A stretch of 64,000 nt of DNA from Antedon mediterranea (Eukaryota; Animalia; Echinodermata): assembly GCF_964355755.1 (NCBI RefSeq), contig NC_092674.1:19654001-19718000 (forward strand). Reading direction: 5' to 3'. The translations under genes were made by a program, and so were the position numbers. Every line of letters starts with the position of its first letter. Position 1 is the stretch's first letter. The notes under the pieces are model-generated. The model did not search any database, was not told the origin of the DNA, and worked only from the letters and a program-made list of their open reading frames with translations. Shown in pieces: positions 34,335 to 46,800 of this stretch.

Positions 34335-34770
34335 GCCGGCAGGCAGCAGACGAGACGACGACCGAACATCGAACAACGACCAAATTGCTGTCTGGGATGT
34401 GGCGGAAAGTTTAAAAAAACATGAGGACCTTGGCCTAGGTAGACTCGTAGTAGGCATATACTCTAGGGCCTAGGCTAATAAGCTAGTACATATAGTGAGA
34501 GGGCAGGGCAGATAGGCAGCCCTAGGCTAATAAGGGCCTACCTAGGCCTAGATAGAGAGAGGCCTAGCCTCTAGGCATATAGAGGCTATAAGGCCAAGAA
34601 GGGGCCTAGCTAGGCCTAGGCCTGGCCCTAGTAGGCATAGGATAATAGGCGGATGATAGGCTAGGCTAGCCCCTTATTAGCTTAGGCTAGGCCTACTACT
34701 CTCTACTATCACTAAGTAAAATTTAAACATAGATACAGCCTACTGTAAAGGCCTAGCCTAGGCCTAGTGT
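34335..34770 (+). promoter_or_regulatory. Probable HFM1 5' region: non-coding exon 1 and TAGGCCTA-rich intron start
   Basis: CpG-containing stretch, candidate donor AG|GTAGAC near 34439, dense AGGCCT/GCTAG cluster, ~100-500 bp upstream of the ATG exon. Confidence 0.4.
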
Positions 34771-34874
34771 CTTTTTTAATCATTTGAAATTGATCATGGC
34801 ATTGATAATTAATATTAAAATTTGTTGTTAATATTTTGTATTATTTCTTTTTCAAGAAGAGATTAGCAATAAAA

Positions 34875-37800
34875 ATGGCTTCTTGGAATGAATTACCTTC
34901 TGAATACAATGATCCATTTTGTGTAGCAAGCCAGCAGTCTTGTCATTTCTCTTCACCCATCCACTTCAGGTAGGCCATAAAACATGATCATAAACTGACA
35001 ACATTTTTTTATTAATTGTTAATAATGGAGTATTGCAAGGTTGTTAAAAGCTCAAACATTTTTTTTTTATATTCAGTTCTTAATTAGAACCAAACCAGAA
35101 AGATTGTATTCTATAAAGGAAAATGTCACCACACTATCTATGTCATTAGAATGCATATACAGTACACACATTTCATTGGTAAATTGCCATTTAATCATTT
35201 GATTGTTGATCATGTGGCATTTATTGTATAAATGGTCCTCTACATGGCAGTTGCCCTTCAATCTAACGAAGTGTAAGATCATGCATTTTGGTAATAACAA
35301 CCAGAAGTTTAAATATAGTATAGGAGTAGGCGAGCAGAGGACAGAACTGGAAGCTGTAAGTGAGATGACCTAGGCGTTGTAATTGACGATAAGCTGAGTC
35401 TTAGATCTCATGTGTCCCATGTAATTTCTTTTGCTAACAGGAAGTTAGGTATTATATATTGAGCGTTTACATTTTTGGACCCTGAGAGTTTTTTGCTGTT
35501 ATACAAGTCGCTTATACGTCCAACCCTGGAATACTGTAGTAATGTCTGGGTTCCTAAGTTTTTAGCGGATGAGGATAGGTTGGAGAAGCTACAACAAAAG
35601 GCCACCCGATTCATTCCGGAACTAAAGTGTACAGAGTATGTATGTAGGCTAAAAATACTTGATCTTCCTACGTTAGTTTATAAAAGAAAGAGAGCTTCTC
35701 TGATTCAAGTATTTAAAATCCTGAAAGGATTCGATAAATTGGACATTGAAACCTTTTTTAATATGTCAACTATCCATTATACTAGAGGTCATTCTTTCAA
35801 ACTATTAAAGCCGCGGGTCAAAACTAAATGGGGATCAAATAATTTTGGAGCAAGAGTAGTTAACGATTGGAACGCTTTGCCGAGAGTTGTTGTAGAGTCA
35901 AAGTCATTGAATCAGTTTAAGTCTAATTTGAAAGAACACTGGAAAAACCACCACCAGAAGTTTCAGCCGTATGTAAGAGATTTGTAATTCCAGAGAGGCG
36001 AATAAGCAATTTGCTTTAGCCTTAATTTCAAGGTAATTCAAAGGTAAAATTGGTTATTTTGTCCCATTCAATGAATAAACATTATTATAACTTGTTATAA
36101 TAATAATAATAACTTGTTATTATTATAATTGTCTATTGAAACATGCTAATCAACTTCAGGTTTTTGAAACATACTCAGATTTCAAATAATGTCCCCTAAA
36201 ACAGACCTATAAATTGCTCCATCTATAATTGTCATTCATCCAGGTAGATAATCATCATTCGAAGGTTTACTTTTTCAGGTTTTTCATTCATATGGCACAG
36301 AGCTTAGAAAACGCAGACTTACAAATATTTTGGTTTTTTTTTCATTTTTGTAGGCCTAAAGGTGTCTTATCATATTATTATGAATGATAACTGTGGATAT
36401 AACATTGGTGGAAATACCAATGCATGGATTACAAATGCACATTAAAAGGGGAAAAAAATTGGAGTGGGTAAATGTATACCTCAGGGGTACCCCAATGGTC
36501 AGTTTTTGGTGCCCTTTTATATTTCATATAAGTGATATTGTAAATAATATTTCTTCTTTACTGTCCTCATTCTTTCAATGAGTATATTACAATTAGTGAA
36601 AGATGTCCGGGTAGGCTTTTACAATGGAATTTATAAGGCAATACTTTTTATAATTCTATGTTTGTTTCCCTAGACTATGGAAGCAAATACCAATTTCAAT
36701 ATTTAAGGCTTCTGTGTCAAAAACATTTTTTTTTATATTATAATTTTTAAATTTTGTTGTTCTACAGTTTGTTAATTGTATTGTCCTTTTGAGCTTTAGC
36801 CTATTCTCTCTCCTGGTTATTATTTTTTGGTGACCGAATAAATATTATTAATATTAGATAAAATTAAATTAAATCTAAGCAACCAACAGAAACATGAAGA
36901 GATTCATTAAAAAAAACTCCATTCGGCTATAGATTATGACAAACTTTGTCATTGACTTGGGCTCATTTTCAGTATGACATCATGTATTTTAATGTCACAA
37001 TTAAATTAACCTAGTGGTCGAGACTTCAATAAAGTTCTCACTGGAATTATTAAATAATATTGTGTACAGTATTCTGATCTGATCTGATCTTTAAGTGTTA
37101 CACCGATATATTAACACTATATAGGCCTACTTACCCTCCTTTTACAGATCAAGTGTACGTTATGCACCATACACCACATCACTACAAGATATTTGTGGAA
37201 CTGATAATGAAAACATTGATATTACCAATTCACAGCTCATATCTAGATCAAAATTTAAAGCATCAGGTAAACTTTAGGGTCATTGAGAATTGTTGCTACA
37301 GTAATTAATTTTAGCCTTTCCCATTAATGAGTGCATTGGGTCGACAGCATTGCCTTATAGTGAGATAGACCAGCAATTTATGTGATTCATAATCATATAG
37401 GAGTATAAGTACATGAAGAGTGAGGTACCCCTTCGGAAACAGCCTGTAGTGCAATAAAATGTTCAAGTTATAACTAACTAGTGTCTTTGCTTTATTATTT
37501 AAATCGGCAGGCATTGATATTCTGAATACTGAAACGATATATATAAATCAACAGGCACAGAATAAATTCTAAACCGCCTAGTGTATAATATATTTTAATG
37601 AAAATAACTATTTATTGTTGACCTTTGATTTTAACTTTATTTCAAAATTTATTGTTATACGTATACAGTACTACTGTTTTATGTTTGTCCATTAGGCCAA
37701 CTGACATCAAAACTGCTTTCACAATCAAACATATTCAGTCAATCTCAAAAGGGTTTCCAGAATTCAGTGTCGTCTTTAGATAACAGCCAAACACCTAAAA

Positions 37801-40800
37801 CCAATTTAACAGACTTGGACTACAATTTCTGGTCAACTCAAACAAGTAAAAAGTAAGTTTTTTTGCAACAATAGAGAAAGAATCAAATCAAATGTATATA
37901 GTAAATAAAGTGATATAAATAAAGTAAATTGTTACTGTAAATCCCACAAACCCACACAAAAACACCATCATTACGTGTACAGCCCCATTAGAGAATGTGT
38001 TCATTTTTTTCAAAACTTCGGGTAAATGTCACTTAACCTCCTACTGTGACGTGTTTATATAAGTCCAACTTTGATAGGCAGGTCGTTAAGCCTTTTGATC
38101 ATCACTGACCTTGCCTACTCTTGCATACTGAAGAATGTACCTTGTCCTAATCAATCAATTAAAAGAGAGCTAATAAAATCACAGGGGTATAATAGGATTC
38201 AGGTCATTAATCACCTGCTTTAGTTGATTTATCTGATAAGGATTTTGACCAAAAAGTTCTAATGGGGATGTACACCTAATGATTGACGTGTATGTGAAAG
38301 TAAAGCACTTCTGAACTCATAAACTTAATTTTACAATGCAATGCAAAAGAATTATTAGTAATTTTTTGTTGTGGTTTGATTTACTTTAACAACATACAAA
38401 CATCATATGCTAAATATAGGCCTAGCCTGGTGTTATCTAGTTGCTGCATTTATAATTATCTTTCTTTTTTTGACGGTATTTTCGCTAAAGTGACGGTTCT
38501 TCCATTTGTTTTGCCTTAACAACTATCAATCGAAAGTGGGTGTATCACAGAAGCAAAACGAAAATATTAATTTGCGCGCGATGCATGCTGGTATTTATCA
38601 ACTTATTTTTCACATTTTTACCGTTTAAAGATGAAAACAATTATGGCAATATAGTATTTCTTTTTACAAAAAGTGCAGTTAGTGACCTTAAATTAGATCG
38701 AAAAAACATACCGAAAGTGTCTTAAATGACTATTCTAAGAAAAAAAAAACTCCTTTAGTTCTTTGTCCTGGTTGCAGTAAAGACAATTATACTACTCTTT
38801 TTTTTATTTAGAAATGATAAAAGTAAATTGCCTCAAACACAACTATCTATACCAACTCAACACAGAAGTTACACTCCAAAGATTATTACGCATACACCAA
38901 AACCACTCGCATTTGAACGTAAGAATTTTTTAGCTCTTTCAAATAAAGGGTTTGGCAGAGTAAGAAATAGTTATTGAGAAAGTCCTATTTTATTTTATGA
39001 AGCCAATTTTATTACAGAACTGTTGCTATCAAGTCTTCTTCAAATACATGTAATATCTGTAATTTAAATTATATATTTATAAAAGTATATAAAAATTAAT
39101 GTTACAGTTTTATATGAAAGAGATAGAGTGATTGATAATGATTAACAGCTACCTGCATTTTTTTAAAGGCAAATCAGATTTTAATGACTCGGGTTCTCAA
39201 ATGGTCCTGAGACCAGTGGCAGAATTACGTATCCTTTTATAGTTTACAGTTTGACTTTAATCTGCCAAAAAAAAATGATAACAATACTTTGCCTTCAAAA
39301 CACTCCTTCTTCTTCAAAAGTGTTTTTTTTTTGTAACTGAAACTACTTTGATAAAATCTATCTAGGTAGTTTCACTTTTCAACTTTCTCGCCATTCAGAT
39401 TTAAATGAACGATTTACATGCTACTGTAACAAAAACTATCCTATATTCTATAATCTAATCAAGTTTTCTTAATGTTTCAACCAGCGGAAAAATATAGAAA
39501 CATTTTTCCATTCCCATATTTCAATGCTGTACAGTCTGCAGTTATGAATGATGTAAGTATTTCATTCAAACATACTGTATGCACAATATTACTTTATTAA
39601 TATTCAATTTTTATTTACCAGTAATAGTTTTACCCCCTTATGTTTATTATAGACAATAACAATTACTGTACTATTGGAATACACACCCTGTGGTGGTTAT
39701 TGTTCAGGAGGGTTTTTAGGGAGAAAATATCTTATTGAAAAATGAAAAAGACTAGGAATTATTTGTTTTTTATGATCTTAGCTCAACTTTTCTTAATAAA
39801 AGTGTTAAATAGTATAGTATATATTTTCTGCAAAAAAGATAGATTAAAAGTGTATTGGTACAGTAGGTGTTTTACACTATAAAACAAATAATGAATGTTT
39901 GTATTTATTGAATGGGAAGAATGTTGTCACTCGTTGGAAGCCTGACAATTTGTTAAACTATCCATTAAATTCATACAAAATTATTTTGTTCACACTATTT
40001 AATATAGGCACTGTACACTGATAAGTCTCTTGTTGTATCAGCACCAACTGGATCTGGAAAAACGGCAGTGTTTGAGTTGGCTATTGTACGCCTTCTAAGT
40101 TTTGGAAACATCTCTTCATTCAAGATAGTGTATAGTTAGTATTATGTTTGTGTTCATGTAAAAGATGACATAAATGAATGAATGCAAGAAAACCAATATA
40201 CAATTTTTGAAAACATGGAAATGTTAACCATGGAGACAAGGATAAAGCAAAACAAAGCAATGTAGCTGTCAGGCTTGCTTAAACAGCCTACCCACGCTCA
40301 GCCTACGCCACCTAGAGGTGGGCTTATGACTTCGGTCACCCTCACATGTTGTGGTGATTGCCTTCACTTTGTTCACCTTCACTTTGTTCACCTTGCATAT
40401 TGCAGTTGCCTCTGTCAATTAGTGTATCTGGCATGTTGCGGTTTCCTTTACCACTTGCGTTCTAACAAGCATAATTAAAGAGAATTTTGTCTCAGCCCTT
40501 TAAATTCAATGTGTATTTTTGTTTATTGTTTATAGTGGCTCCAATGAAAGCATTGTGTAGTGAACGTTGTCAAGATTGGCAAGAGAAGTTCAGTGCATTG
40601 AACATCAAATGTTCAGAACTCACTGGAGATACAGAAGAAGAAGAATGCCAACAACTTCACAATTCATCTATCATTCTGACAACACCTGTGAGTTTAGTTT
40701 CAGTTCAAAACGCCTTCAGACTGCCTGAAAATAATAATTATAACCAGTGGCGTATCCAGGATTTTGAAGTTGGGGGGGCCGGGAATTGCCAATTTGCCGA

Positions 40801-43800
40801 CAAAATTGGTGTACATACACGACGTCTCTGATCAAGGATTACATAGTCATATTGTCTTATATCCGGGGATAACGATGCAAAATTAAAACCAAACCAATAT
40901 TATCTGTTAGTATGTTGTATTCATATTACAATAAAGAAAGAATTAGGAAAATCTGATTTGTAGTTTTCGAAATATAGGGTCTAAAACATCGCCGAAAATG
41001 ATCGTTTTTAGCCACGAAAGAAGTAAAACAATTTGCGGCCTCAGTCGACAATTCTATTAACTATTTTTTTGGTTAAAATAATTACATATAATTACGTTTT
41101 TTAGTAATTTATTTTATATATCACCATTGGAAATATCAATAAAACATGTTATTAAATGCTTATAAAATATATAAAGTTGTTTACTTAACGGAATTCGGAC
41201 AAATTCATTGCTCTAACTTTGTGTATTAACGATCAGAGAGATTCATGGTACACGCGCGAGAGAAAACATTCCGCTGCGGGTGATTCGCATCCACCAATCA
41301 AATCAGCTAGAATCCTAAATCATTCAACCGTGAGCAATGCCAATCGCGAAAAAGCTCAGCTTTGATTGGCTTACGATGACATCATATCACAAAATGGTGG
41401 TTTTGTAGTTGAGCCTCACGGAATATTCTGTTCCAAAAATGAAATACATGGATATTTTTTATGGTATATGTGCTTTTTCTTTAAAAATTTTGAATAATAA
41501 AGGCCTCATATCGAGAAAAAAAAACGGGTTTTTTGCACTTATAATAAATATATCTTAGACAAAAAAGCACATGGCATGTGGAACTATATAATCTCTTAGC
41601 GTAGGAAGACATACAAATCCCAGGTCATGAGAGGCTCAACTGCATGCAAAAACAAGGTTTTAGGGTAAGGTCAAAGACTTTTGAGTAAACAATCTACCGC
41701 GTACGGCCGTACGTACGTGCTACACATTTTTTACGTGTTTCGTTAGATGTAATGAAAATAAAAAATAGTTGATCTGAAGGGATCAATGATGATATGATAT
41801 GTAAATATTAACAAACAGTCAAAAGAATTATGTTTACAGTTCAATTATTGTCAGAATAAATAGTTTATTTTTTTCCCCGGCACCTTTGTTTGCCGACGGC
41901 CGCGATGATGTGCCGACGGAAACGAAATCAGGGGGGGCCTGGGCCCCCCCGGCCCCCCTACTGGATACGCCACTGATTATAACAATGGACAATCAAACAG
42001 TTGCAACCTGTGATTAAAAATGAACATTGCCATAAGCTTGCTGAATTCTACCAAATTTTACAGGAAAACCGTTATCAGCTTTTATTCAGTAAAATTGGTA
42101 ACTAATTTATTTAATAATACATTTTTTTTCCTTTGCAGGAGAAATGGGACAGCATGTCAAGAAAATGGCGTGACAACAAATCTCTTTTTAAACTTGTTAA
42201 GCTTTTTCTGATAGATGAGGTCAGATATGAATTTGGGGTTTTGTTTGTTGCATTTTGTATAAATTATGTGTTTGTTTGTACTGCCCCAAAACCAGAAAGC
42301 ATCTCATAACCAACATTGTTATTCTTTATTCTTTTGTAAAATCTGCGATTATTTTGTACAAACCCTAGTTTGATGCACAGCAAAAATGAACAAATTATAC
42401 CACATTGATTGAGTGCATTAGTACAAAGCATGCTCATAAAGATAATGTAAACTTGTATTAGAAGTGAACAATACATTTTTCAGGTACATTCAGTAAATGA
42501 TGACACTCGTGGGCCTACTGTTGAGGCGGTTATAAGTCGAATGAAGACTGTGAAACTTACAACTGGTGTAACATCGGATGAGGACCCAAAACTACGTTTT
42601 GTAGCAGTGTCTGCAACTATGCCCAATATTGAAGATGTAAGTTAAAGCTCAAAGTTCTAAATAACATATAAGTTACATAGATTATGATAATATCACTAAG
42701 TTAGTATAAAAACATAAGGAACAAAAAGTTTAAGGGGAAAAATGATGTGATGGTCAGCTAATAAAAAGTGGTGATGATGATGATGTCGAATATTGGTTGA
42801 TCATTATCATCATCATCATTAACAATGAAGAACGAAAATGGTCTCCAATGTTATTTGTCGCATGCATCCAATCCTTCATAGCTTCCCAATGTTAAACGGT
42901 AACAATTATTACTGATTTTAAAATCACACATAATGAAATTTAAAGTATAATGTGAAATTAAGTAAAAATAAAGTAAAAAGTGTTTTGCCTGGTCTTCTGT
43001 AATATTTCATGTGTTATCATTGTTATATAACATTAATTATTTTCATTATTACAGCTTTCTGAATGGATTGGCGATGCTAAGTCTCCAGCAATTTATCACA
43101 AGTAGGCCTATTACTTTTATTATCAATCAAAATTAATGAAATCATGAATGTTTTGGATATCTTCAAATTAGTTATGTTAAGACATTTATTGTTGTTTGCA
43201 AAACAAACAAAATAATCATTAAATAGTAAGTAAAAAGAGACTTTGGTATGTCACTTCAATTCAGTTTATTATTGAAATATTGAATGCTTAAAACCCTGAG
43301 ACATTTTTCTTAAGACATTATTTTTAAATATCAAAGCATATTTTCGTCTAGAAGATGCCATTGTCCATATTAGATGTAAATAACACATCCCAATGTTGTC
43401 TGATTTGTTTTACAATAAAATAGTCATTTTCATAAACTAGGTTTTTTTTTTTTTTTTTTGTGGATTTTTACTTTTATGTTAAACCAAGACAACGAAAAGG
43501 AATAATATTACCTTCGTGACGTTTCGCCGACAATCTGTCAGCTGCTTCAGACTAATGCCTGGGTTGGAATGGTCTGGTTTTTTGTAAGTGACGCTGAACA
43601 GCGCCACCAGCCGTCTGGTTGGTCTTGACGGTAGAGCGTCTCCGCTGGCCCCCTCCTGCTTCAACTTTTTCCAGCAAACTATCATATGTATGTGGGAGGT
43701 CATACCCACCAATGTCTCTGTTGATATTATGTGGTCTTTTTCTTATGCAGTTAGATTCTTTTATCTTTCTTTTGTCTGTCTGTGCTTCTTTTTCAATAAC

Positions 43801-46800
43801 TCTCGCATTCCAATTTGGAATATGGTCATTCCCTATAGCGTGGTCAGTTATGGCTGACTTATGTAAAACCTTGGACGAAGAATTTCTATTTGCACGTGTT
43901 CTAACTACTTGGTTGTGTGTTGATACGTCTTTTTTATGTTCCCCAATTCTTGTATTCAGTGCCCTTCCGGTCTCTCCTATATATACTTTCTCACAGTTTA
44001 GACAGTTCACTTCGTATATAACCCCGCACATGTCTTCCGTTTTTATTCTATCTTTTGGGTGGACCAGTCCATTCTTTAATTTATTACTTGGAATGAAGAA
44101 AGTGTTCACTTTGTGCTTAGCAAAAGTGCGTCGAATCTTTTCAGAAATTCCGTGTATGTATGGGATACCTATGTGAGCTTTCATCTTCTCCATTTCCTTT
44201 CTTTGGCGTTCTTCTGGTTTGTTTTTTGACTTTTGTTCTTTTCTCTTGTTTACGACTCTGTCTACTGACCATTTTGGATAGTTACAAATTTTCAATGCTT
44301 TTTTAATGTGTTCCAACTCATGTTTTTTATCTTTCTCTTCACTAACAATTGTGTCTGCTCTATTCACTAACGTGTTAACCACGTTTAGTTTGTGTTCTAA
44401 GGGATGATTAGAGTGGAAGTCCAAGTATTGGTCGGTGTGAGTTGGTTTTCGGTATACCTTGGTAGCGAGTGTTCCATCTTGTTTAATCGTGATACTCATG
44501 TCCAAGAATGGTATTTGTTTCTCTGACATTATTTCTGTGGTAAACTTGATGTTGCCCGACGGGTCAATGCTATCAAGATGGCGATTGAGGGGGAGAGGTG
44601 CATCTTTATGGACAATGGCAAAAACATCATCAACATACCGTCTCCAAAAACGTGGTTTGATGGTTCTATCTGCGCTCTTAATGGCTTCCTCTTCTAACCA
44701 TTCTAAATAGATATTCGCTATCAGAGGGCTTACCGGAGATCCCATTGCAATACCTTCGTGCTGTTCATAAATCTGTTGTTGAAATGTGAAATATGTCGCA
44801 TTAATTAACTGGTAGATGAGTTCCATGATGTCTTCTACTGTTAATTTCGTTCTCTTATGTAGTGTTGTATCTTTTTCCAAGTATGATCTTACAACCTCCA
44901 AGGCTTGGCCTGTGGGTGTTTTTGTAAACAACGAGATGACGTCAAAAGACACCATCACCTCATTTTCCAGGAGTATCAACTGTTTTAGGTCTTCCGGAGA
45001 CGCTCTACCGTCAATACCAACCAGACGGCTGGTGGCGCTGTTCAGCGTCACTTACAAAAAACCAGACCATTCCAACCCAGGCATTAGTCTGAAGCAGCTG
45101 ACAGATTGTCGGCGAAACGTCACGAAGGTAATATTATTCCTTTTCGTTGTCTTGGTTTAACATAAAAGTAAAAATCCACAAAAATATTATTTGGAACCAG
45201 ATGAATTTATTCAATATAAACTAGGTTGTTTTATTAGTCTCTAGACCTGTCCTGTATTTAATAATGTAATGTTTTTTTCTCAATAGGTTTGATGATGCAT
45301 ATAGACCTGTACCTCTTAGGAAATATGTACATGGTTTCTATTACAATGAGAAGTCATCACCATACAAGTTTGATCTTTCTCTTAATTACCAATTGAGTAA
45401 AATGATTACAAGGTATTCAAACCAAAAACCAACCTTAGTGGTGAGTATTCATAGTTTTCAAGCACAGGTTCATGCGATGTCCCCCAATTCTCCTTGAATC
45501 TGTAAATAAAGTTGTAAAGATGAGTTCCAGAATAAAATTGTTCACACCTTTTATTGTAGATTTAGTTTCAACTGCAGATTAATTTTTACGTTTAATAGTT
45601 TTTAATGTGTTTGCTTTGAAACCAAATGGATAGAGATTTCCAATTTGTGTCACCATTTATTCATCAGTTATAAAAGAAAGTATATCTAGTAGTATATTAT
45701 TGATTACATAACACTCTTGAGGGTGCAGCACTGTTGCTAAGTAACACTCTTGAGGGTGCAGCACTGTTGCTAAGCATAAATATAAGAATGCTGAAGGTTA
45801 GATCATTAACTTCAATGCATTTGAAGCACAAAACTTGTCCATTTGTGGAGAGCTTCTCTCTATATGTCTGCCGCAAATCGACCAATCAGACACACCAATA
45901 TCACTACGCTGTACATTAATTCTTTTGGGCATCTGGAAGCTAAAGAGCCGAGAAAGAAATTTGTTTCTATGAAGTATTATTTCAATTATTGTCATTCTCA
46001 ATATAGTTAATAGAAAATATATATACGTTCAAACTAACTATTTCTCTTGTTTTTTTTATGGTTCTTTACAAAATAGTATCAATTATTAAGTTCCACCTTC
46101 ACTGCCCCGTATACCTAAGCAACTCAATGTAACCAGGAGAAGAGTGAACCCTGATATAAATACAGAAATTTGTTAATAATTGCATGTTATCTTTATTAGT
46201 TCTGCTCAACCCGTAAAGGAACACAAATTGCAGCAGACGTTTTAGCCAAGGATTCATATCGCTGGAATTTCAAAACTCGCCCCATTCTGCAAACTGAGGC
46301 AACACACTTAAAAGATGCTAAACTTAGAGGTAGTTCTGTTTAGAATTTCTTTTATAAGTTATTTTATTTAACTGATTTTTGTTAACTGATATAATTTGAA
46401 ATATGTAGTCATAAAAGTATAAAATATCAATTTAAAGTGTTTTCTTTATTTTTTATCATTGTGTAGTCTCTTAAATTGGCACATCATTGCAAAGACTTTT
46501 TTGTGTATTTAGACAAATTTAGAAGTAAACTAATTAATATCAGTTTAAATGTAATGATTAGCACCTCAAGTACGTTTTTGGTATTTTAAGGATAAAATAT
46601 ATTTTGAATAATCAATTTTAGATTTAGTATGCAAGGGTGTTGCTTACCATCATGCTGGCATGCATCGTGATGATCGTGACAAGATTCAAAATATGTTTAT
46701 TCAAGGCAACTTACCAGCATTAAGTAAGTTACATAATTATTTTTCAATTTACACACACTAAGAATTTTTAAACTAAACTTAATTACAGATGTCAGTTTTA

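Noticed and set aside
39018-39049. Extra HFM1 micro-exon
   Set aside because: It would break phase; 38918 joins 39169 in frame without it.
44996-45160. Penelope ORF N-terminus and overlapping ORFs as real genes
   Set aside because: They derive from the inverted pLTR or antisense frames; the RT is 5'-truncated.
45709-45960. 32-bp duplication and adjacent intronic segment as a snoRNA
   Set aside because: No convincing C/D or H/ACA box arrangement by eye.
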